Assembly (NCBI GenBank): GCA_964016885.1
Contig: CAXHJY010000181.1
Span: 1-64,000 of the forward strand
Source: Eledone cirrhosa
Taxonomy: Eukaryota
Direction: 5' to 3'
Length of the DNA: 64,000 nucleotides
Below the pieces are notes generated by a model. That model saw nothing but the letters and a program-made list of their open reading frames with translations. It was not told where the DNA came from and ran no database searches. Position 1 is the stretch's first letter. Every line of letters begins with the position of its first letter. Shown one piece after another: positions 21,197-32,349 of this stretch. The position numbers and the translations under genes were made by a program.

Positions 21197-21656
21197 CATC
21201 CATTTTCCTTGCTAGCAAGAGTTGAAAGAGTGTCACAGACCAAGGCAGTACTTAATCAGAGCCCCTAGACTCTTAGACCAGCCAGGGGCTGCAACTTGCT
21301 TCCATATGCTCCCACAATCCATAGGGTGCAACTGGTGTGTTATATTATGGCACTAGCACAAGAAAGGTTGTCTTATCTTTGAATCAACTTAAGAATCCTC
21401 AATGTAAAAACCTCAAGAATTCTGTTCAATGTTTAGATTTTATCTAAAAGTTTACAGTTTTGGTCATGGGTGTACACCATAGTATATTATTGAGTATCAT
21501 TTATTTAACACAATAAATTTAGGATTGCCAGACAGAGGACTTTTCAAATCTTCTTTGTGCTTAGTCAGAATAAAATAACATACCTGAGAGTTTATTTTTG
21601 TTGCACCCTGTATATAAACACATATATATTTGACTGTACAATTTAATTAAGCTTAC

Positions 21657-21710
21657 CTGATAAAAGGAATGGAAGTTTCTTTCTCCACCTTGTTGATAAA
21701 CCACCCGTGA
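21657..21710 (-). CDS. MYO1D: MYO1D-like exon D: SRVVYQQGGERNFHSFYQ
   Basis: Read manually. Acceptor ttgcag, donor gtaagc, ERNFHxFYQ myosin motif. 54 bp, phase 0. Confidence 0.92.
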
Positions 21711-21787
21711 CTGCAATACCAAACAGAATTAAACTCATTACAGTGGATAATATTATATATGTGTATGTGTTTACATGCACATTATAT

Positions 21788-21830
<43 letters not shown>

Positions 21831-22334
21831 AGCATATAGGCCTTCAGACATAGAAACCATAGAAATATAGAACATAATGAGCAAGATGAGGTGGCCTGAC
21901 TCATCTGGTCTTGGATTATAACAACCCAGCCAAACCATACCATCATGGAACGTAGCTGTAAACTGATGATGATTATATAGATGTTGTGTGTATTCAGTTT
22001 CGAATAAGTACACTATATTTCTGTGTGTTGTAAGTGGATGACTAAACTGGTCAGCTCCAGGAATGGCATCCAGACATAAAACCCAATATTGTCACAAAAA
22101 AGGGCCTCACAATGAGTATTGAAGCCTTTCATAGCGCCCCTGCAAGACTAACCCCTGATTTAGCAGAAGGAATGGCCTTAAAACACTGTTGTTGCTGTAT
22201 CTTCTCCTTCTCTTTCCAATGAAGGGAAAAAGTGTGAGAGGTTCTAAGTTTCATGCCTCATAGCAAATCAAATTCCTGTAATATCATCAACAGTCGATCA
22301 ACTTTTGTCAAATTGCTAATACTATCTATCGGTC

Positions 22335-22470
22335 GCAACTCCAGGTAGAAGCAGCAACATGAAATAAAGTGTCTTGCTCAAGGACATAACGCATCGCCTA
22401 GTCTGAGAATTGAACTCACAACCTCACAATTGTGAATCCAATTCTCTAACCACTCAGCCACGCGCCTTCC
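22335..22470 (-). mobile_element. tRNA-derived CORE-type SINE (head region)
   Basis: Reverse complement reads ggaaggcgcgtggctgagtggttaga (A box), gagttcaattc (B box), gtccttgagcaagacactt. Confidence 0.78.
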
Positions 22471-22689
22471 TTTAATATATATTTTGTTAAAATTAACTTT
22501 TATGGATTAATATTGTCTAACAGCTTAATAGGATTCCTGAATTTTACCAAATTTTGAGTTGTCGGCTATAATTAGCTATTCTTTCATAAATATATAGGAA
22601 TTAGGGCAAGATAATTTGTTAATATATGCTTGCTAGTGGAACAAAGATGAATCATCAGCTTGACATTCCTTGAACCTCTAGAACAATGA

Positions 22690-22930
22690 TGGAAGGAGGT
22701 GAGAGACAGAGAGAAAGTGAAAGAGTGTAACAGGGAGAGCAAAAGAGAGGGACAGAGAGCATGAGAAAAAGGGTTGATGAGAGAGAGCAAGAGGAGGGTT
22801 GGAGAGAGAGAGAGGGATGAAGAGAGCAATGAGAGAGGGACAGAGAGATCAAGGGGGAGAAGGACAGAGAGATTGAAAGAGGGGGACAGAGAAAGAGAGA
22901 GACAGAGGGATAGATAGAAAGCAAGAGAGA
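22690..22930. repeat. GA-rich polypurine low-complexity tract
   Basis: Directly visible. Confidence 0.85.
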
Positions 22931-23196
22931 GCTGTTTTGTTACAGATTACTGGCTACATTGAAATGTCACCTGTGATATTAACTAACACAACGTTGGTAA
23001 ACAAAACAAACTTTATAAATAATGCCTCACAGATGAGATGACTTTGGTGAGACATGCAACAGTCAGCAAACATGAGGTCATCATTTATGAAACATTTTAA
23101 GATATCAAAAAGATTAGATGCTTTAGTGTCATTTCAAATATGAATGCATACTACCTTCTCTGTGAGGACAGAACATAGAAAGTAGATCAGTAAATA

Positions 23197-23969
23197 TTAG
23201 CCCTTTTAATACAACCCACCTGAAACCGCCCTGGTTTTATGATTAAAAAAAAGCCTATATTAAAATGTACATATCATCACTGACATTGATTAACCCTTTA
23301 GCATTTAAACTGGCCATATCCGGCCAGAATTCTCTCACCTCTTTCTGGCAAATCTGCTGTAACCAGCCACTCATACTGATATTAAGGTATTGTTCTCAAA
23401 ATTAATATCATCAAAATCTCATAGATTCGATATCATGTGAAATAATTGTGAGATAAAGGCTTTACCGTGAAAATATAATAGTAAATATAGAGTAATGTAA
23501 AAGCTAAAGGGTTAAAGTCCGTTTTCTCCCATTAAAATCTTCCATCATAATTTTAACAAAATTTTGCTGGACTATGTTTCAAACATCAGCTTACTAATGA
23601 AAAAGGTAATTTTTTCATTAACTCTGTTCAAACCGGCCGCTCATACTTATTTTAAGGTATTGTTCTCAAAATAAATAATATCAAAATCTCATAGATTCAA
23701 TATTATGTGAGATGATTATGAGAAAAAAAATGTTTACAATGAAAATACAATAGTAAATATAGAGTAATATAAATGCTAAAGGTTTAAGATGATATTTGTA
23801 ACATGACTCAACAAAAGTTTCTTACATCAAATCAAATTCAAAAATTTTAGTTGAAATAAGAATCCTTTTAAATGAGTGGCTTTGTTTCTAAATTTTTTTG
23901 GTATTTTCAAAATTAATTGTAACCCTTAAGTAGTGTATTTCATTAGAAATGTGGCAACAAAAGGGTTAA
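23197..23969. mobile_element. piggyBac-like MITE, second family, containing nested MITE copies
   Basis: Termini TTAG-CCCTTTT ... AAAAGGG-TTAA. Related sequence near 56644-56871, 60750-61025 and 62800-63240. Confidence 0.6.
23290..23515 (+). mobile_element. piggyBac-like MITE, intact
   Basis: Perfect TTAA-CCCTTTAGC ... GCTAAAGGG-TTAA termini. A partial copy lies near 23618-23787. Confidence 0.85.
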
Positions 23970-24011
23970 TAAGAGAGTACCTTGTACTAATTCTCAGTCA
24001 GCATTTAGCTA

Positions 24012-24229
24012 TTATAATGGTTTCTGATTTAGGCACAAGGCCAACAATCTTTTGGGGAAAGTCGATTGAATAAACCCCTGTGTGTGACTGGTACTTTATT
24101 TTATCGACCCTGTAAGGATGAAAGGCAAAACTAACCTCAGCGGGATTTGAACTCAGAATGTAAAGAGCCGTAACTCAATGCTGCATATTGTCTGACGCTC
24201 TACTGATTATGCTAGTCCACCACCTTGCC
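24012..24229 (-). mobile_element. OK/Meta-like tRNA SINE
   Basis: Same head and central domain as the 19341 copy. Confidence 0.8.
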
Positions 24230-24845
24230 TTTAGCTATTATAATATTGTTTGTTGCAGTGACTAGAATTATATATTCTTTTACTGGTTTTAGTCATTAGA
24301 CTGAGATGATGCAAAGGCACAACCTTCAATGGATTTTGTTGATTATACCGATCCCAGCACTTATTTTCTTTTTCAAATCTGCCACTTATTTTATTGATCT
24401 CTGTTTTGGGACATAAACATAGACTCACACATACATATATGACGGGCCTCTGCAAGTTCACTCATAAAATATTTGTGAAAATGAGGTGCCACACAGTGAA
24501 TCCAAAACCACACAGTCATACCTGCACTTATCACACAGTGTAATAGATAACATTTAACTTTACTTGGCATAAGTCCTTAGTCACTATCAGTTAAAGTAGA
24601 ATATTAAATAAATATCACAATATTTTATAAATTATCTTTGACACTAGCCAATGTTGCAACAGATTGTTTAAATGACTAAAACACTTAACCCAGATAGCTA
24701 GTAGGTTAAGACAAGTGGTCTATATTCTTACAGCTACACTAGTATAACTAGTATACACTAGTATATATTATTACATGTATGCTAGTCTAGATGCAATATC
24801 ATTACAGTTACACTAGTATAGATACAATATTATTACAGCTATGCA

Positions 24846-25006
24846 CAGTGCCAGATTTAGGACAAATGAGGCCCTGTGCTAGTTAAGTTATGCAGCCCTT
24901 GACTTGAAAATCATTTGAAAAATTCACCATAAACATTTTTTTGGTAGGAAGACCAATGGGGCTCTGTGCTTAAGTACACCTAAGCACAATAGTAAATCCG
25001 GCCCTG
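24846..25006. mobile_element. hAT-type MITE inserted into a minisatellite of about 30 bp units
   Basis: TIRs CAGTGCCAGATTTA / TAAATCCGGCCCTG. 8-bp TSD GCTATGCA/GCTATGCT (7 of 8 identical). Confidence 0.75.
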
Positions 25007-25475
25007 GCTATGCTAGTCTAAATACAATATTATTACAGCTAGGCTAGTCTAGATACAATATTATTACAGCTATACTGCTATAGATTCAATATGTTTTTTT
25101 ATACTTGCATAAAATGTTTATATCTTATAATTAGCTTATATTTCAAATGCTAAACACTTGAAGAAAATGCTAAGTATGTTCAGTAAATAAACATATGAAT
25201 GTACCTCAATATCACAACACAGTTTAACTTTTAATATCTTTACATGAAACCACATTGAAAAGTACAAAACATCACTATATCTGCATCATATTAAATAATA
25301 AAAAATTTTCACCAATACAGCAAATTTTCAGAACAATGTATCCACTAGTAAATATAGTAAAATAATTTGAATTAACAAACCCATTTTGAGACATTCTCTG
25401 CTAAATTATTACAGGGTGTTAAAAGTTATAACTATAATTCTGTCCATAAAGAAAAGAAAATAATTAAGGTTGTAC

Positions 25476-25641
25476 CTTCTCCAAGAGATAGTTCTGAATA
25501 TGACCCCCGATAGGGTCTCCCTTGAAGTTAAAATTTATGTCCATATATTTTCCAAAGCGACTGGAATTATCATTGCGATTTGTTTTGGCATTGCCAAAGG
25601 CTTCAAGAATGCAATTAGATTTAATTAAGATGTCTTTGACT
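25476..25641 (-). CDS. MYO1D: MYO1D-like exon C (switch I): [55 protein letters not shown]
   Basis: [18 protein letters not shown] motifs; [10 protein letters not shown] is typical of Myo1d/1g. Polypyrimidine tract plus cag acceptor, gt donor. 166 bp. Confidence 0.95.
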
Positions 25642-25769
25642 CTGAAAAAAAGAGAAAAGAAAAATGTGTGTGTGTGTTTATATATATATATATATACACA
25701 CATACATATATGTATACATATATTCATGTATACATACATACATTTATATGTATGTATACATACATATTT

Positions 25770-26020
25770 CTAGGGCGGGTAAAATTCCCGAGTTCCATGG
25801 ACGAGTTCGCTCCAGCGGTGTCTGTCCCTCATTATCGCTGCCATGTCCTGCATCTCCAACAGACCAGTGTCTGCCCTTAGGGCATCAACATACGTTAACC
25901 TCTTCCAGTGTGTCCATGTAGGGGCTCCAACAGGAGCACTGAATGCAATGTCAACTCTGGATGTCGGTGAGCATGTCCAGCTAACCTTAGTCTCCTATGT
26001 GTCACTTTTGAGCTGACTTT
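25770..26020 (-). mobile_element. Short RTE 3'-end fragment, family ending ...tttacccgccctaga
   Basis: RRLRLAGH..HPE..GRG motif. Further copies at 27615, 31645, 35872 and 48012. Confidence 0.82.
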
Positions 26021-26543
26021 TACATACATACATATATATGTATGTATGTATGTATACATATATACATATGTATACACACATGTATATCATGACTCATACA
26101 GTGTTCACTTCCCTGACATTTGTATATTATTCTATGTACTATACATGCACCTTTGACGAGTTGTAGTGCACCTGAGCACTTTACACAATAATTTCATTAT
26201 AATATATATATATGTATGTATGTATGTATACATACATAAATATGTATGTATACATACATACATATGTATGTATACATACATACATATGTATGTATACATA
26301 CATACATATGTATACATACATATATATGTATGTATACATACATATATATGTATGTATACATACATACATATATATGTATGTATACATACATACATATATG
26401 ATTGTATACATACATATGTATATATGTATGTATACATACATACATATATGATTGTATACATACATATGTATATATGTATGTATACATACATACATATATG
26501 ATTGTATACATACATATGTATACATACATACATAGATATGTCT

Positions 26544-27097
26544 CATGGTCGGGTCGTTGGCGACTAAACTGGCAACCCCACCAAGGTTTCTTGGTGAGGA
26601 GGGTGACTTTGGACATCCTGCAGGACTAAAAACAAAACCTGTCAAAGGGCAAAGGAGCTCTTAAGAGTCAATGGCCATCCAAAATCACCGGGAGAGATGA
26701 CCCCTTAGCCTTTGTCAAGGCAGAATTCTAGAAGGAAAACTCTGATATAACACCTGCAACCCTGATGGTATCCAATGATGTTGACTTGTTCTTCTTTTTG
26801 ATAAATATCATCTTGGTTAAGAGAGTGGGACTGGCTTTGTGCAGTGCCTTTGCTCACTATAAAAGCTTCACGGCACAGGCATTGCTTTATATCTGGAGAT
26901 CTCTCTGCACTTGTCGTCACGTGGTACCATGGGCCTAGCACTATGTGTCAATAATTGTCACAAGTGTAGTGTTTGTACCAGAGTTTTCAAGTCGCTGGCT
27001 GGACTAAAAAGTCACACTTGTTCAGCGCATCGGTAGGGGTTCTCCTACATGGATATAAAGTAGTGGCCGTACTCGAAAACGAGTTGGCAGCCACCAT
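26544..27097 (+). mobile_element. Non-autonomous bipartite RTE-derived element, copy 2
   Basis: Near-identical inverted copy of 15612-16158, embedded in a (TACA/TATG)n array. Confidence 0.75.
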
Positions 27098-27614
27098 GTA
27101 TGTATACATATGTATGTATACAATCATATATGTATGTATGTATGTATACATACATATATACATATGTATACATACATATATACATATATGTATGTATATA
27201 CATATATATGTATGTATACATGCATACATATATATGTATGTATACATACATACATAAATGTATGTATACATACATATATATGTATACATAGATACATACA
27301 TACATACATATGTATACATATATACATACATATATATGTATGTATACATACATACATATATGTAAGTATACATACATACATGTATATGTATACATACATA
27401 TATATGTATACATACATACATATATATGTATACATACATACATATATATGTATACATACATACATATATATATATGTATACATACATACATACATATGTA
27501 TACATACATACATATGTATACATACATACATACATATGTATACATACATACATATGTATACATACATATACATACATACATATACATACATACATGCATA
27601 CATATACATATATA

Positions 27615-27920
27615 TCTAGGGCGGGTAAAATTCGTGAGATCCATGGACGAGTTCTCTCCAGCGGTCTCTGTCCCTCATTATCGCTGCCATGTCCTGTGTC
27701 TCCAACAGACCAGTGTCTGTCCTTAGGGCATCAACATATGTTAACCTTGGTCTTCCTCTCACAGTGTGTCCATGCAGGGGCTCCCACGGGAGCACTGAGT
27801 GCAGTGTCAACTCTGGATGCCAGTAAACATGTCCAGCTAACCTCAGTCTCCTCTGTGTCACTTTTGAGGTGACTTCCGGGAGGCCTCCGTACAGCTCTGA
27901 GTTCTTCATCCTCAGTGTAT
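27615..27920 (-). mobile_element. Short RTE 3'-end fragment
   Basis: LRMKNSELYGGLPEVTSKVTQRRLRLAGHV..GRPRLTYVDAL..DRDRWRELV. Confidence 0.87.
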
Positions 27921-28080
27921 ACTGAGTATATACACACACACACATATATATATGTGTGTGTCTGTATACATACATTCATATATTTATATATATGTATATA
28001 TATATATCTGTATACATACATACATATAGTTATATATATATGTGTGTATATATATATATATATATACACACACATATATA

Positions 28081-30888
28081 CTGAGACCCACCTTGACAAC
28101 TCCCACATGGAGGCTGAAGTAAGAGAGGAATTTCACAACCATCCGCGCAGATCGTGGTGACAGAAGAAAGGGAGGAACTGCCATTTTCCTGCATGATTCC
28201 TTTACAGAAGATGGAAACACAACATTCTCCAATGGCCTGATATTAGTTGGGCTCTATAGGCCACCCCAAACACCCATAATGTGCTTCAAAGAATGCCTCA
28301 ACAGCATTAAGTGCTTTATTCAACAGTGCCATTCTAGTAACATACTTTTGATGGGAGACTTTAATCTACCCTGTGTTGATTGGTCTATAAACAGTTTGAA
28401 ACCAAGTACTCCAACCTCAACCCCTGAAAAAGAAGCAGTCGAGTCACTTCTCAACTTTATGAATGAGTTTTTCTTGTCCCAACTTGTCCTTGCATCAGAA
28501 GAACATTCTGGACCTAGTGTTTAGTAATCACACTAACACTATACATAATATTACAGTGGAAAAAACCCTTCTCTCAGACCATGACATGGTTCTTTGTAAC
28601 CTGAGATTCCACCAGCTGAAAGCTAATCCTAGGGACCTCTTTCCAGTCCACCCATTTGATAATATGGACCTCTATAATGCCAACTGGGATGCAATCATGA
28701 ACGAGCTATCACATGTTGACTGGTCTTTTAAACACACACTCATTTCCACCAACATCAAAACATCTTGGCAGATCTTTGTAGACACTGTCACAAATATATG
28801 TGCAAAACACACCCCACCAAAACCTGTGAACAAAGCTAAGTGCAGAAAAACAGAAAAACTATTATCAGAAAAATAAAAAGAACAAACAAAAAAATTAACA
28901 CACTAAAATACTGCCAACAGCAACACACACATTCGATGGCTATCACCCTGCTTGAATCAAATAAATATAACCGCCAACAATGCATGAAGACCGTCATCAA
29001 TAACCACAGAACAGCTGAAGAGAAGTAGGCCATTGAGAAACTCAAACTCAACCTGAAAGTGTTCTTTTCATTTGTGAAAAAGCACAAGGTCTCTGTCTCC
29101 ACTGTTGGCCCTCTAGTGGATGAAAATGACACACTCCAAGATAATGCCAAAACCATGGGCGAGATACTGCAGAAACAATACTGCTCTGTTTTCAGCAATC
29201 CTGATATGGCTGATCTGGACTGTATCAGTGATGTTAATCCCCAACACACTAAATCAGACATAACGTTTGGCACCCCTGATGCCTTAGCGGCAATAAACAA
29301 AATTAAACACAATTCAGCATTAGGCCCCGATAGGTTTTCTACTTGTGTCCTGAAGGTGTGCCAACACCAACTTGCATCTCCTCTTTCTCTGTGGAGGAAC
29401 TCACTGGATACTGGGTATATTCCTGAAAACTTTCTGTCCCAGTCCGTTGTCCCAGTTTTCAAAAAGGGAAACAAGTCCCTTGCAGTGAACTACCGTCTGA
29501 TCTCACTCACCTCTCATATTATCAAGGTATTTGAGAGGGTGCTGAGATCACAAATAACCCACTTTCTCGAAAGCAACGGCCTGCTGAACTCCAACCATCA
29601 TGGGTTCCGTAATGGAAGGGACTGCCTAATGCAGCTCCTGCATCACTTTGATGATGTTTTGAGAGCCTTGGGAGAGGGCTCCAACACTGATGTCATCTAC
29701 CTTGATTTCAGCAAGGCCTTTGACAGGGTTGATCATAAGATTCTATTGAAAAAACTATCCAATATTGGTGTCTCTGGAAGGTTACTACAGTGGATCAAGT
29801 GTTTCCTGACAGACACAGCCCAACATGTTGTAGTTGAAGGAGTAAAATCAAGCCCAGTCAAAGTCAGCAGTGGCGTCTCGCAAGGCACTGTTGGGCCCAC
29901 TTCTTTTCATCATCTACACTAATGACATTACTGACACCATCAAGCACAGCAACATAAGAATCTTTGCAGATGATTCTAAGCTCCAAACGGTCATCAATGA
30001 GGTGGGTGACCGGACTTGCCTTCAGCCAGACCTACTGGCTGTTATCCAATGGGAATTAGGATAAGTTCGAGTTAATCCACTTTGGAAAAAAGGATGCCCT
30101 GAAACTCCCATACTCTCTTCCTTCAGGTGAAACTCTCATGGCATCCAACAACATCAGCGACTTGGGAGTAATTGTGGACAACAACATAAGCTGGGCCACT
30201 CATAAACAGCAAAGTTGACATGGCTCGCAGATTCTCAGAACCTGTTATCCTTCTCTTATCCTTCTCATCTCTGTTATCCTTCTCTTTTCCAATTTTGCCC
30301 GACCCCATACTGTTGTCCACTGTGGTCTCCCCATACAAAACAAAGTATCATGAAAGTTGAAGCACCCCAAAGATCAATTACAAAAAAGATAGATGGCATG
30401 ACATCCTTGACTATTGGAGTCAATTAGAAAAGCTCAACCTTTATTCTCTCCAACGTCACCATGAGCGCTACATTATCTTCATGATGTGGAAAATATTCCA
30501 TCAGCTTTGCCCAAATGATGTTGGCATCACCTTTAAGGTACACCCAAAGCTTGGGCCATGTGCTATCTGCCCACCACAAAAATCTCACTCGCATCTCATA
30601 ACAACAATACGGCACAATTATTTCACCTGAATTGGCCCCGGTCTCTTTAACATTACATCAAAACACATTAAAACAGAAATAGACCCCATCAAGTTAAAAA
30701 AGTCTTTGGACAAATTCCTTCAAGAAATCCTGGATAAATCTCCTACACCCGGATATGCCCCCGTAAACAATAACTCTGTACTTGAGTGGGCCTTGGTGCC
30801 CAAATCCTGATTTGAAAGACTTTGCCAGTCGTGCTATTAAGTTGGATATGGCCAGGGTCAATACTGGCCGAAAGTTATCAAAATTATG
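28081..30888 (+). mobile_element. CR1/L2-group LINE ORF2 (APE plus RT), decayed with frameshifts and stops
   Basis: ETHL, YRPP, MGDFNLP, ILDLVF, SDHD (APE). GPD, PVFKKG..NYRLISLTS, YLDFSKAFD, GVSQG, FADD (RT). 3' stem-loop tggccag..ctggccg. Confidence 0.9.
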
Positions 30889-31230
30889 TATCATCATCAT
30901 CATCATTTAATGTCCATCTTCCACGCTTGCATGGGTTTGGACGGGAATTTTCCCACTTGAGGCAAGATTGCTTGTCCTGCTCGTATAGGACTGTCTGGCA
31001 GGTTTTCTATGGCTGGATGCCCTTCCCAACACCAACCACGTTTACAGTGTGGACTGGGAGGTTTTTACCGTGTTACTTACACGGCCACATTACAGCGTGG
31101 ACTGTGTGTTTTTTTTTGTTGTGACACCTACACGACCTCATTTGTTTCGGCCTGGATGTTGTGGTACCAACATAACTTTACATTGAAAGGGGTGGTGTGG
31201 ATGGGGTGGGGGTAGTGGAACGGGGGTATG
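30889..31230 (-). mobile_element. RTE 3' UTR fragment
   Basis: Matches 12258-12600. Confidence 0.87.
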
Positions 31231-31307
31231 TATATATATATAAATCGGTATACATATATAGATATATATATACATATATTTTCATACATACATATACATA
31301 TATATAT

Positions 31308-31645
31308 GGAGGCACATGGCTTAGTGGTTAGAGCATTGGCCTTGCAATCGAAAGATTGTGAGTTCAATTCTCAAACCGGGTGATGTGTTGTTTCCTTGGG
31401 CAAGACACTTTCTTTCACATTGCTCCAGTTTACTCAGCTGTAGAAATGAGATGATAGGGACTAGGGTCCCTATCATTTCACTGTAAAGTGGTCGTGGAGG
31501 TGCCACGGCAAAAAAGCACCCAGCACTCAGTATAAATGAGGTTGGTGTTAGGAAGGGCATCCAGCTGTAGAAATCAAGCCAGAATCAGCTCCCATCCCAC
31601 CCTTGCAAGCAGGGAAAAAGCGGACGTAAAATGATGATGATGATG
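31308..31645 (+). mobile_element. CORE-type tRNA SINE with RTE-derived structured 3' tail
   Basis: A box tggcttagtgg, B box gagttcaattc, CORE-like ccttgggcaagacactt. Tail shared with the RTE at 35575-35700; (GAT)n end. Confidence 0.83.
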
Positions 31646-31813
31646 GGAGCCCCTACATGGACACACTAGAAGAGGAAGACCAAGGTTAACGTATGTTGAT
31701 GCCCTAAGGACAGACACTGGTCTGTTGGAGACGCAGGACATGGCAGCGATAATGAGGGACAGAGACCGCTGGAGAGAACTCGTCCATGGATCTCGGGAAT
31801 TTTACCCGTCTTA
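31645..31813 (+). mobile_element. Short RTE 3'-end fragment abutting the SINE tail
   Basis: Matches 48121-48292. Confidence 0.82.
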
Positions 31814-32050
31814 GATATATACATACTACTGTATATCTGATTGCATATATGTATGTACGTGTACATACTTATATTTAAGTAACAGCCGTACTAAGAGTGG
31901 GAAATGAAATCTCGTTTCATTTTTCCGTTTATCGTTTTCGGTTCACCCGGCCGATTAACCCACTCGATATGCAAATTGGGCTACTCAGCCGTTGATATGC
32001 ATAAGGAAAGTATATACTTTCAGACGTTCAATCATCTGGCAGGAAGGTAT

Positions 32051-32093
32051 ACGTTGCTGACGATAGCTAATAAGCTTGAAACTAGTACAGCGT
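32051..32093 (+). ncRNA. Minimal type I hammerhead ribozyme
   Basis: ACGTTG-CTGACGA-TAGCT aata AGCTT-GAAA-CTAG-TA-CAGCGT. Palindromic stem III ACTAGT; predicted cleavage after GUA at 32087. Confidence 0.85.
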
Positions 32094-32292
32094 TCCTTTG
32101 TCCGTGTTGAACAAACGAGCAACGATGGTTGCTAGACACTACGGCTTAATACGGGATGTTTGTTTACAAACACACCGAGCATTATAATAAATGTTCGGTG
32201 GATCCATACGTACATGTATATATGTGTGCATGTATGTATATATATATACATACTACTGTATGTCTGTATACATATATGTATGTACGTGTACA

Positions 32293-32349
<57 letters not shown>

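Larger units (their letters stand above)
20658..21610. mobile_element. Possible Tc1/mariner-type non-autonomous element hosting nested insertions
   Basis: TA|CAGGGTG ... CACCCTG|TA termini. Similarity between the ends beyond 7-8 bp is weak. Confidence 0.45.

Noticed and set aside
31308-31380. tRNA gene (also 22400-22470 and 59599-59660)
   Set aside because: A and B boxes run into SINE bodies, with no complete cloverleaf.
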